Both the position numbers and the translations under genes were made by a program. A stretch of DNA of 64,000 bases, taken from contig JBILWX010000005.1 in the NCBI GenBank assembly GCA_044369655.1, positions 2,476-66,475 on the forward strand, given 5' to 3'. Source of the DNA: Pirellulales bacterium (GTDB lineage: Bacteria; Planctomycetota; Planctomycetia; Pirellulales; UBA1268). This document shows positions 1 to 8,476 of this stretch, piece after piece (the stretch's first letter is position 1; every line of letters starts with the position of its first letter). The notes beneath the pieces are model-generated. The model saw only the letters and a program-made list of their open reading frames with translations. It made no database searches and was not told the origin of the DNA.

Positions 1-257
1 GCGTGTGCCTGTGGCCTTCCGGGGCCGGGGAGCCCCGCCAAGCCTGGGCGGAAAGCACGCTGGAAATGGACGCCTTCACCCCCGACTTCCTCGACTGGTA
101 TCTCGCGAGCGGCCTGTGGCGGGGCAAGGCGGGCGCCTGCGGCTTCCAGGACGAGCGGCTCCCGCTGCGGCTGCTCACCGGCAGCCCCTCGAACGTCGTC
201 GGCCTGCCGGTCGAGCTGATCGAGCAGATGCTCGCAGAAATCGATCGCTTCCACTGA
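1..257 (+). CDS. maf: Maf family nucleoside triphosphate pyrophosphatase, C-terminal part (5' truncated by window)
   Basis: YLASGLWRGKAGACGFQD...GSPSNVVGLP matches the Maf C-terminal KAGxY/NVVGLP motifs. Confidence 0.85.
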   Translation, partial: VCLWPSGAGEPRQAWAESTLEMDAFTPDFLDWYLASGLWRGKAGACGFQDERLPLRLLTGSPSNVVGLPVELIEQMLAEIDRFH

Positions 258-276
258 ACCACCTTTGGGTCTGCGA

Positions 277-408
277 GGGGCTGCCCATGCCCCAGGAGCC
301 GGCGTAGCTGGCCAGCGCAGCCATGGATGGCGCAGCGCAGCCAGCTCCGAGTGAGCGGAGCCCAGGATGGGCGCAGCGAACGTCCGGCGATGGGGCGTGG
401 GCAGCCCC
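277..408. repeat. Structured ~132-bp palindromic intergenic repeat, copy 1 (REP/MITE-like)
   Basis: 18-bp terminal inverted repeat GGGGCTGCCCATGCCCCA/TGGGGCGTGGGCAGCCCC with nested internal hairpins; about 17 differences from the copy at 2236-2366 by manual alignment; lies between convergent maf and clpS. Confidence 0.9.
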
Positions 409-419
409 GAACCGTGGCC

Positions 420-797
420 CTACTCCGGCTCGGGCTCGATCGAGGCCGACATCGCGCCCTTCGAGCGGCGCAGCAGGCGGTCGGCGCCGAAGGCGTGGAT
501 CTGATCCCGCTTCAACTCCGCATGCTCCTTCGTCGTCGTCAGCACGATCACCCGCCCCTGGGAGTCGACCTCTTTTGCCAGCAGGTAGCCCTTCTCCGGC
601 GGATGCCCGAAGAGCTTCTGGAGCATCGCCACCACGTACTGGTAGGTGTGGTCGTCGTCGTTCCAGAGCACCACGTGGTAGCGCGGCTGCTTCTTGGGCC
701 GACTGTCGCTCTTCTGCTTGTCACTGCGTGGGGGCGTGGCGGGGGCCGGGGCGTCCTCGATGGCCTCCTCGGCGGCGGCACTGGCGGTGGCGGTCAT
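420..797 (-). CDS. clpS: ATP-dependent Clp protease adaptor ClpS
   Basis: YHVVLWNDDDHTYQYVVAMLQKLFGH...EVDSQGR ClpS core; start chosen at ATG 797. Confidence 0.9.
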   Translation of the reverse strand: MTATASAAAEEAIEDAPAPATPPRSDKQKSDSRPKKQPRYHVVLWNDDDHTYQYVVAMLQKLFGHPPEKGYLLAKEVDSQGRVIVLTTTKEHAELKRDQIHAFGADRLLRRSKGAMSASIEPEPE

Positions 798-937
798 GGG
801 ATGGCACACTCCGGCGGGTTTCCCGTACCCCGTCGACAGGACGACGAGGACAACCTGACAGGAACCGTTCCACAGTATAAGGTGTGGCCCTCCGCCGGTG
901 GCTGTCACCCCGCGGATTCCCAGGGAGATATGCCGTC

Positions 938-2218
938 GTGCTCGATCGCCGCTTCGTCGCCGACAATGTGGACCTCGTCGCCACCAACTGCCGCCAGCGG
1001 GGCTCGTCCGCCGACGTGGCCAGGTTTGCCGAACTCGACCGTCTGCGGCGGCAGATGCAGGCCGACATCGACCGGCTCAACCAACAGGCCGGCCAGGTGA
1101 GCAAGTCGATCGCCACCGCGGCCGACGCCGCCGAACGAGAGGCCCGCAAGGCCGACGGCCGGCGGCTCCGCGAAGAGGTCTCGGCGTTCGAGGCGAAACT
1201 GGCCGAGATCGTCCAGGAATCGGACGTGATCCTCCGGGCGATCCCCAACCTCACGCATCCCGCCGCGCCGGTGGGGGGCGAGGACGCCGCCGTCGAGATT
1301 CGCCTGGGGCGGACGCCCGTCGCCGACTTCGAATACAAGCCGCTCGATCACGTCGAACTCGGCGGCCGCCTCAAGCTCTTCGACTTCGAGGCCGGTGCCA
1401 AGGTGGCCGGACACGGCTTTTATTTTCTCACCAACGATGCCGTCCTCCTGGAGTTGGCACTGCAGCGGTATGCAATCGACCTGCTGATGCGGGAGAACTT
1501 CACGGTGATGACCACGCCCGACCTCGCGCGGGACACCATCCTCGAGGGCACCGGCTTCATGCCCCGTGGCCCGGAGACGCAGATCTACTCGATCACCGGC
1601 AGCGATCTGTCGCTCGTGGCCACGGCCGAGATCACGCTCGGCGGCGCGATGCACGAGCGGATCTTCGAGGCCGAGGAACTGCCGCTCAAGCTCTGCGGCA
1701 TCAGCCACTGCTTCCGCACCGAGGCCGGCGCCCACGGTCGCGCCACCCGCGGCCTCTACCGCGTGCACCAGTTCACGAAGGTGGAGATGTTCGCCTACAC
1801 GCTTCCAGAACAGAGCGAGGACATGCACAACTACCTGCTCGACCTGGAGTGTGAACTCTTCGACGGCCTCGGCATCCCCTACCGTGTCATCGACACCGCC
1901 AGCGGCGATCTGGGCGGCCCCGCCTATCGGAAGTTCGACCTCGAGGCCTGGATGCCGGGCCGCGGCGAAAAGGGGGAGTGGGGCGAGGTGACGAGCACCT
2001 CCAACTGCACCGACTACCAGGCGCGCAGGCTGGCGGTGCGGTATCGCAAGCCAGGCGAAAAGGGCACCTCCTACGTCCACACACTCAACGGCACGGCGAT
2101 CGCGATCAGCCGCGCGATCATCGCCATCCTGGAAAACTACCAGTGCTCCGACGGCTCGATCGTCGTCCCCGACGCGCTCGTGCCGTGGATGGGCAAGAAG
2201 AAGATCGAACCGCGGTAG
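938..2218 (+). CDS. serS: Serine--tRNA ligase
   Basis: N-terminal coiled coil, ATAE, CFRTEAG, GLYRVHQFTKVE, STSNCTDYQARR, HTLNGT; GTG start 938 after GGAGA. Confidence 0.97.
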   Translation: MLDRRFVADNVDLVATNCRQRGSSADVARFAELDRLRRQMQADIDRLNQQAGQVSKSIATAADAAEREARKADGRRLREEVSAFEAKLAEIVQESDVILRAIPNLTHPAAPVGGEDAAVEIRLGRTPVADFEYKPLDHVELGGRLKLFDFEAGAKVAGHGFYFLTNDAVLLELALQRYAIDLLMRENFTVMTTPDLARDTILEGTGFMPRGPETQIYSITGSDLSLVATAEITLGGAMHERIFEAEELPLKLCGISHCFRTEAGAHGRATRGLYRVHQFTKVEMFAYTLPEQSEDMHNYLLDLECELFDGLGIPYRVIDTASGDLGGPAYRKFDLEAWMPGRGEKGEWGEVTSTSNCTDYQARRLAVRYRKPGEKGTSYVHTLNGTAIAISRAIIAILENYQCSDGSIVVPDALVPWMGKKKIEPR

Positions 2219-2235
2219 ATCCTCTCCATCCACGA

Positions 2236-2366
2236 GGGGCTGCCCATGCCCTGAGAGCCGGCGTTGCTGACCAGCGCAGGCAGGATGCCGGAGCGCAGTC
2301 AGCATCGAGTGAGCGAAGCCCAGGATGGGCGTAGCGAACGTCCGGCGACAGGGCATGGGCAGCCCC
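2236..2366. repeat. Structured ~131-bp palindromic intergenic repeat, copy 2
   Basis: Perfect 18-bp inverted repeat GGGGCTGCCCATGCCCTG/CAGGGCATGGGCAGCCCC; homologous to 277-408; lies between convergent serS and the S1-domain gene. Confidence 0.9.
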
Positions 2367-2377
2367 GGCGCGCCCTC

Positions 2378-4129
2378 TCACCACTTGAGGCCGAACTTCT
2401 CGCCGGCAGACTTACCGCCGACGCTGCCCGTGCCGCCCTTCAGCATGCCCATGCGCTTCTTCACGACCGGTGCCGGCGGCACTTCCTCGGCCGCCGCATC
2501 CTCGGCCGCCGCACCGTCGTCGGCCGCCGCCGCAGGCACGGCAGCCAGCGCCTTGATGGAGAGCGACATCCGCTGCTCGTCGGGATCGATGGCGAGCACT
2601 CGGCACTCCACCGACTCCCCTTCCTTGACGACGTCGCCCACGCTGCGAACGTGACGGTTCGCCAGTTCGGACACGTGCACGAGCCCCTCGACTCCCGGCT
2701 CGAGTTTCACGAAGGCGCCAAACTGGGCGATCCGACTGACTACGCCGCGCACCGTGGCGCCGACGTGGTATTTTTCGCCGGCCCGCTGCCATGGGCTCTC
2801 GACGAGATCGCGGGCCGAGAGGCCGATCTTCCCGGTGTCGCGGTCGATTTTCTTGACGACCACACGCACCCGCTGGCCGGGCTGCAGCACGTCGGCCGGG
2901 TTCGCCACGCGCTCCCAGGAGAGTTGGCTCACGTGCACGAGCCCCTCGACTCCCTCGCCGATGTCGACGAACGCGCCGAAATCGCGAACCGACCGGACGG
3001 TGCCGTCGAGCGTGGTGCCCACTTCCAACGTTTCCAGAAGCTTCGTCTTCGCCTCGGCGGCCTGTTTCTCGATCACCGCCCGGCGCGAAAGCACGAGCCT
3101 GCGGGCGGCCGGCACGATGTCGGTGACGAGGCTTTCGAGCGTCTGCCCGACCATCTCCTCGAGATTTTCCACCCGCCAGGTGCTCACGAGGCTCGCCGGC
3201 ATGAACCCGCGCAATCCCGCCACGTCACATTCGAGGCCACCCTTGTTGGCCGCCGTCACCCGGGCCTCCACGATCATGCCGGCTTGGAGCTGCGACCAGT
3301 CTTCTACGGCCACGGCGCGGTTGGCAAAGGCGACGTCGTAGAGACCGTCGTCCTCGTTGCGGAGGCCGACGCTGAGTTGCAGCACGTCGCCGACCGCGGG
3401 AACCAGTTCGAGATCGAGCCCGGCGAGTTTCATCGCCCCCTGCCGCCGCTCGCCGAGGTCGATGAACGCCGTATCGGCGCCGAGCGACAGCACCGTGCCG
3501 GTGAGCCGCGCCCCTGGCTCGAGCGGAGCATCGGCCCGTGCCGGCGTCGACGCCGTGATCAGCTCGTCGAGCGACACCCCGGCCAACGCCGCCTCGAAAT
3601 CCTGTTCCAGATCATCGTCGAGCGCAGCCCGCAGGTTCGGCACCGCGACCCGCTTGGCCGGAGGCAGAACGTCCTTGAAGGGCGACTTCTCGGCCGCGCC
3701 GCCGCGTTTGTCTCGACGGCCTTCGCGACGCGGAGCCGCCGACTGGCCCCGGGCGGCATCCGCGGCAGGTGCCGCTGCGACCGGCGCGGCATCCGCGGCA
3801 GGTGCTGCTGCGACCGGCGCGGCGGAAGGTGCCGACGTCACCTCGGCCCCAGGTGCTGATGCGAGCGGTGCTGATGCGAGCGGTGCCGGTGCTGCCGGAG
3901 CCGCCGGTGCCGCGGCCGCCCGCGGAACCTGCAGCCCAGCAGTCGCCGCCGGGGCCGGAGCGGAAAAATATTCATACCGCGGCGCGGGCCGCGGCGGCTT
4001 CACGCCAGGACGCTGGGTGCCGATCGGAATCCGCTTGGACTGCGATCCGGAATTTCCCTGCTGGGAAGGCTGCTGGGCAGCGGCGTCGCCTTCCGGGGGC
4101 GTCGAGGAAGGCTCTGGCGTTGAACTCAT
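2378..4129 (-). CDS. S1 RNA-binding domain protein (RpsA-like, about four S1 repeats) with a long Ala/Pro-rich N-terminus
   Basis: S1 motifs NKGGLECDVAGLRGFMPAS, DFGAFVDIGEGVEGLVHVSQL, QFGAFVKLEPGVEGLVHVSEL. Confidence 0.85.
   Translation of the reverse strand: MSSTPEPSSTPPEGDAAAQQPSQQGNSGSQSKRIPIGTQRPGVKPPRPAPRYEYFSAPAPAATAGLQVPRAAAAPAAPAAPAPLASAPLASAPGAEVTSAPSAAPVAAAPAADAAPVAAAPAADAARGQSAAPRREGRRDKRGGAAEKSPFKDVLPPAKRVAVPNLRAALDDDLEQDFEAALAGVSLDELITASTPARADAPLEPGARLTGTVLSLGADTAFIDLGERRQGAMKLAGLDLELVPAVGDVLQLSVGLRNEDDGLYDVAFANRAVAVEDWSQLQAGMIVEARVTAANKGGLECDVAGLRGFMPASLVSTWRVENLEEMVGQTLESLVTDIVPAARRLVLSRRAVIEKQAAEAKTKLLETLEVGTTLDGTVRSVRDFGAFVDIGEGVEGLVHVSQLSWERVANPADVLQPGQRVRVVVKKIDRDTGKIGLSARDLVESPWQRAGEKYHVGATVRGVVSRIAQFGAFVKLEPGVEGLVHVSELANRHVRSVGDVVKEGESVECRVLAIDPDEQRMSLSIKALAAVPAAAADDGAAAEDAAAEEVPPAPVVKKRMGMLKGGTGSVGGKSAGEKFGLKW
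3753..3886. repeat. Intragenic tandem repeats (33 bp x2+ and 15 bp x2+) in the low-complexity N-terminus of the S1 protein
   Basis: GCGGCATCCGCGGCAGGTGCYGCTGCGACCGGC at 3753 and 3786; GGTGCTGATGCGAGC at 3852 and 3867. Confidence 0.85.
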
Positions 4130-4155
4130 CGGTCTCTCGGGCTCTGGAAAAGAAA

Positions 4156-4239
4156 TGCGGGAAACAGGACTTGAACCTGCACGGTATTACTACCACCAGG
4201 CCCTCAACCTGGCGCGTCTGCCAATTCCGCCATTCCCGC
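4156..4239 (-). tRNA. tRNA-Leu (anticodon GAG), CCA not encoded
   Basis: Reverse complement GCGGGAATGGCGGAATTGGCAGACGCGCCAGGTTGAGGGCCTGGTGGTAGTAATACCGTGCAGGTTCAAGTCCTGTTTCCCGCA folds as a cloverleaf with a long variable arm. Confidence 0.97.
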
Positions 4240-4312
4240 AGCGGTGCGAACCACGAGCAATCATCTCGAACAGAAGGCCCGTGGAGGTATTCTCAACCGG
4301 CCCCGACCACAG

Positions 4313-4894
4313 TCAAGCAGCGTTCACGGGAGGCGACGAAATCGGCTGCGTTGAACTGGCAATGCCACCGAACGCGGCCAGGCCGCCCATGAAAGCCAGG
4401 CTCCAGGCCACGTCGCCGACGGGCATCCACCGGTAAAAAGGCAGCCCCGCCGTGTAGCAGGCAATGAGGCCCGCGGCCGTGTGGGGATAGTCGTTGCTCA
4501 GGCACCAGTGGGCAAAATTCGTGGTCAGGAAGAACACGAGCGAACTCGCCAGAGCGCCCCCCAGAATCGTCAGCACCCGGCCCTTCCGCACCATTCCGCC
4601 CAACAGCACCGGCCAGGCAAACGCGGCGTAGATCACGCCCGCCATCACGAAACCGCTGAACGAGTCGCCATAGCCCGGCAGGGCCAGATTGCTGATCGCC
4701 AATGCCGACAGGGGAACCGTGGCGGCCACGAGCGGATTGGGAAAGACGGCCCCGGCCGCGATCGCGGCCCCGGCCAGCGGCGTGACGTTGGCCGCCGGCT
4801 GCCAGAGCCGACCCGCCACCGACACCGCGACGAGCGCGAACCAGACCCCGCAGAGCATGGCGAACGAGGGGCGAAGCTTCGAGACGTTTTCCAT
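4313..4894 (-). CDS. DUF6580-like integral membrane putative transporter
   Basis: Multiple TM segments; NVTPLAG, SSLVFFLTTNFAHW, YPHTAAGLIACYTAGLPF pattern. Confidence 0.7.
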   Translation of the reverse strand: MENVSKLRPSFAMLCGVWFALVAVSVAGRLWQPAANVTPLAGAAIAAGAVFPNPLVAATVPLSALAISNLALPGYGDSFSGFVMAGVIYAAFAWPVLLGGMVRKGRVLTILGGALASSLVFFLTTNFAHWCLSNDYPHTAAGLIACYTAGLPFYRWMPVGDVAWSLAFMGGLAAFGGIASSTQPISSPPVNAA

Positions 4895-4998
4895 GGGCGG
4901 CCGTGACTCCGGCGGACGGTGGGTCGCTCGGTGGGGTAAGCACCGGCGGGGAACGCCCGATACACTACCGGTTTTTGGGTTTCGAGCAAGCGAAAACC

Positions 4999-7233
4999 AT
5001 GCCCAACGGCCCAGACGGGACCACTGCCATGCCAACCCCGCCGGCGAAACCAGCACGCAAATCCCGCAGCCTCACGGTCGAGCGGCGGGATGACGGCGTG
5101 GTCGTGCTGTCGTTTTTCGTGCCCGACCATGGGCAGAACGTGCTCACGCCGGAGACGATGGCAGAGTTGTCGCAGGCACTCGACAGCCTGGAAGCCGGGC
5201 CGCCGACCACGGCGGTGGTGATCCAATCCACGCGGGCCGGCTCCTTTTTCGCCGGTGCCGAGATGGCCCGACTCGACCGCCTGTCTGACACGCCGGCCGC
5301 GGAAATCGAGCGGCTCTGCTCCGCCGGTCGCGCGCTCTTCTCGCGACTCTCCGCCTCCGCCTGGCCGAGCGTGGCGATCATCGACGGCATCTGCCTGGGG
5401 GGCGGTCTCGAACTCGCCCTCGCCTGCGATCTCCGCGTTGCCACCGATGCCGCCCACACCGCGCTCGGTTTCCCCGAGGTGAAACTGGGCCTGCTGCCCG
5501 GGTGGGGAGGCACGGTTCGCCTCGCGCGGCTGATCGGCCCCGGCGCCGCGGTGGAACTGGCGGCGGCGGGCGAATCCGTCGATGGCCCCACCGCCGCTCG
5601 GCTGGGACTGGTCGATGCCTGCGTGCCGCCCGATCAGGCGATTGGTTCGGCCTGCCGACTGGCAGCACTCGCGCTGGCCCGACAGAGCCACCTGGAGCGG
5701 CGGCGGCAACAGGCCGGACGGGTGCCGCTCGTCGCCGAAGAGAGGGATTTCCTCGAGTCGATGTCGGCGGCCGTGATCCTCGGCCGCAGCGGCGGGCACT
5801 ATCCCGCCCCTCTGGCCATCCTGGAAACGATTCTTGCGGGCATCGACCTGCCTGCCGAGCAGGCGGCGCGGAGCGAAGCCGCCGCCTTTGCGAAGCTCGC
5901 CACAGACGACGTGTCGCGGCAACTCATCCGGGTGTTTCGGCTGGGCGAGCGGAACCGCCGGGACAGCGGGCTCGACGACCGCGCGACCGACGCTGCACGG
6001 GGCACTACGCCGACGATCGCGCCACGGACGTGTGACCGCCCCGCGGTCATCGGTGCCGGCATCATGGGGGCGGGCATTGCAGCCAGCCACCTGCGGGCCG
6101 GCTTCGCGGTGACGCTCATCGACGTGCAGGCCGACACGCTGGCCGGCAGCGTCGCCGGAATCCTCGACGAGGCGGCCTGGGACCGGGCGACCAAACGCAC
6201 CGACCAGGCCCGGGCGGTCACGCTGTCGGGCAGGCTCCACACGGCCACCCGCATGGCGGCGATCGCCGAGTGCGACCTCGTCATCGAAAGCGTGCTCGAA
6301 CGGGCCGACATCAAGCGGCAGGTGCTCGTCGACATCGAACGGACGGTGGGCCCGGGAACGGTCATCGCCACCAACACTTCGACCAACCCGATCGCGAAGC
6401 TGGCGGAACCGCTCCAGGATCCGTCCCGGTTCTGCGGCATCCATTTCTTCAATCCCGTCCGCCGCATGACGCTCGTGGAGGTGATCCGCGGCCCGGCCAC
6501 GAGCGACGAGACCGTCACCACCGCCGTGGCCCATGTCAAACGGCTCGGCAAGTGCCCGATCGTCGTTCGGGACAGCCCTGGCTTTCTGGTCAACCGCGTG
6601 CTGATGCCCTACCTCCACGAGTCGGTGGAGATGCTCCGCGAGGGGATCGAGGCGAAGCGGATCGACCGGGTGGCCCGGGGCTTCGGCATGCCGATGGGAC
6701 CGCTGGAGCTCTACGACATGATCGGACTCGACACGGCCTTCTACGCCGGGCTCGTGTTGAGCGCCGCCTACGGCGATCGGATCGAGGCTTCCCCCCTGAT
6801 TCCGGCGCTCGTGAAATCGGGACGGCTCGGCCGCAAGAGCGGCGCCGGCTTCTATCACTACACCAGCGGCGGCCAGCAGGCCAGGATCGAACGCCCCGAT
6901 GAAGGTGTGGCGAAACTGATCAGGCCATATGCGCTCCCGTCCCGCGAGACCACCGACGCGACGATCGCCGACCGCCTCCTCCTGCCCATGCTCTTGGAGG
7001 CGCTCCGCGTGCTCGAGGAGGGCATCGTCCGCGACGGTCGCGACGTCGATCTGGCGGTGATCCATGCCCTCGGCTTCCCGGCATTCCGCGGCGGCCTGCT
7101 GTCATGGGGCAACTCGCTCGGCGCCGCGGAGGTGGTCCGTCGGCTGGCACCGCTGGCCGATCTCGGCATCCGCATGCACCCCACCCCGCGACTGCTCGCC
7201 ATGGCGGCCGCGGGGGAACCCTTCACCCCCTGA
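4999..7233 (+). CDS. fadB: Fatty-acid oxidation complex alpha subunit (enoyl-CoA hydratase + 3-hydroxyacyl-CoA dehydrogenase)
   Basis: GICLGGGLELALACD, GFPEVKLGLLPGWGG, GAGIMGAG, TNTST, GIHFFNPV, PGFLVNR; start uncertain (4999 or 5029). Confidence 0.93.
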   Translation: MPNGPDGTTAMPTPPAKPARKSRSLTVERRDDGVVVLSFFVPDHGQNVLTPETMAELSQALDSLEAGPPTTAVVIQSTRAGSFFAGAEMARLDRLSDTPAAEIERLCSAGRALFSRLSASAWPSVAIIDGICLGGGLELALACDLRVATDAAHTALGFPEVKLGLLPGWGGTVRLARLIGPGAAVELAAAGESVDGPTAARLGLVDACVPPDQAIGSACRLAALALARQSHLERRRQQAGRVPLVAEERDFLESMSAAVILGRSGGHYPAPLAILETILAGIDLPAEQAARSEAAAFAKLATDDVSRQLIRVFRLGERNRRDSGLDDRATDAARGTTPTIAPRTCDRPAVIGAGIMGAGIAASHLRAGFAVTLIDVQADTLAGSVAGILDEAAWDRATKRTDQARAVTLSGRLHTATRMAAIAECDLVIESVLERADIKRQVLVDIERTVGPGTVIATNTSTNPIAKLAEPLQDPSRFCGIHFFNPVRRMTLVEVIRGPATSDETVTTAVAHVKRLGKCPIVVRDSPGFLVNRVLMPYLHESVEMLREGIEAKRIDRVARGFGMPMGPLELYDMIGLDTAFYAGLVLSAAYGDRIEASPLIPALVKSGRLGRKSGAGFYHYTSGGQQARIERPDEGVAKLIRPYALPSRETTDATIADRLLLPMLLEALRVLEEGIVRDGRDVDLAVIHALGFPAFRGGLLSWGNSLGAAEVVRRLAPLADLGIRMHPTPRLLAMAAAGEPFTP

Positions 7234-7279
7234 TCTTCCCGGCACCCGCCCCTCTCGCGTGCCACACCCCCGTAGCGTC

Positions 7280-8467
7280 ATGCCTCTCACCCCCGCGACT
7301 TCGCCCGCCACCACCCCCGTCATCGTCGGCTGCTGCCGCACCGCCATCGGTCGCGCCCACCCCGATCGCGGCGTGTTTCGCCGGGTGCGTGGCGACGAAT
7401 TGGCCGCGACGGTCGTCGAGGCGGCGGTGCAACGCAGCGGCGTCGAGCCGGACACCATCGAGGACCTGATCCTCGGTGCGACACAGCAGCGGGGAGAACT
7501 GGGCGGCAACGTCGCGAGGTGTGTCGGGCTGATGGCCGGTCTGCCATTCGCCGTGGCCGGCACCACGGTCAACCGCCTCTGCGGATCGTCGCTGGAGGCG
7601 CTCGCGCAGGCAAGCCATGCGATCATCGCGGGCGCTGAAAACGTGCAGGTGGTCGGCGGCGTCGAGCACATGCAGCATCTGCCCATGGATTCAGCGATCG
7701 ACATCCATCCGCGGGCGTTCGCCCGGTCGAGCCGGGGCATGCTCTCGATGGGCATGACGGCGGAGCACCTCGCGGCGGCGCATGGCATCTCGAGGCGGCG
7801 GCAGGAGGCCTATGCGCTCGAGAGCCACGCCAGGGCGGCGCGGGCCCGCGACACCGGACTGTTCGACGACGAAATCGTGCCGGTGATCGGGCACGACGAG
7901 GCGGGGGGAGTGGTGGAGGTCGTCCACGACCAGTCGATCCGCCGCGACAGCACGGCAGAGCAGCTGGCGGCGCTCGAGCCGGCGTTTCTGCCGAAGATCG
8001 GCACGATCACCGCGGCCACGAGCGCGCCGCTGAGCGACGGCGCCGCCGCACTCGTCGTGATGTCGCTGGCTGAGGCGCGACGGCAGGAGCTCGAGCCACT
8101 GGCCCGCGTGATCGGCACCGCCGTGGTCGGTGTGCCGCCCGCGTTGATGGGCACCGGGCCGGTGGCCGCCACGCGGAAGCTGCTCGACCGCACGGGAGTC
8201 GCCCTCGGCGACATCGACCTCGTCGAACTCAACGAGGCGTTCGCGGCTCAGGCGATCCACTGCATCGACACCCTCGGCCTCGACCCGACGAAGGTCAACG
8301 TGCGCGGCGGTTCGCTCGCGATCGGCCATCCCCTCGGCGCCAGCGGCGCCCGCATCGCCACCACGCTGCTCCATGCGATGCGTGATACCGGAGCGACGAT
8401 CGGGCTGGCCACGATGTGCATCGGTCTCGGTCAGGGCATCGCCGTGCTCTTCGAAAGGATCGACTGA
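7280..8467 (+). CDS. fadA: 3-ketoacyl-CoA thiolase
   Basis: NRLCGSS catalytic Cys, ELNEAFA, GHPLGASG, MCIGLGQG. Confidence 0.94.
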   Translation: MPLTPATSPATTPVIVGCCRTAIGRAHPDRGVFRRVRGDELAATVVEAAVQRSGVEPDTIEDLILGATQQRGELGGNVARCVGLMAGLPFAVAGTTVNRLCGSSLEALAQASHAIIAGAENVQVVGGVEHMQHLPMDSAIDIHPRAFARSSRGMLSMGMTAEHLAAAHGISRRRQEAYALESHARAARARDTGLFDDEIVPVIGHDEAGGVVEVVHDQSIRRDSTAEQLAALEPAFLPKIGTITAATSAPLSDGAAALVVMSLAEARRQELEPLARVIGTAVVGVPPALMGTGPVAATRKLLDRTGVALGDIDLVELNEAFAAQAIHCIDTLGLDPTKVNVRGGSLAIGHPLGASGARIATTLLHAMRDTGATIGLATMCIGLGQGIAVLFERID

Positions 8468-8476
8468 CGTCCCGTC

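Noticed and set aside
277..2366. Composite transposon carrying clpS-serS between the two repeat copies
   Set aside because: Copies are about 13% diverged, each sits independently in a convergent gap, and there is no transposase or target duplication
4156..4239. tRNA as an integration site of an island or prophage
   Set aside because: No duplicated tRNA 3' end, integrase or phage genes seen in the window
4895..4998. Cobalamin riboswitch upstream of the DUF6580-like gene
   Set aside because: Gap is about 100 bp and no B12-box is recognisable
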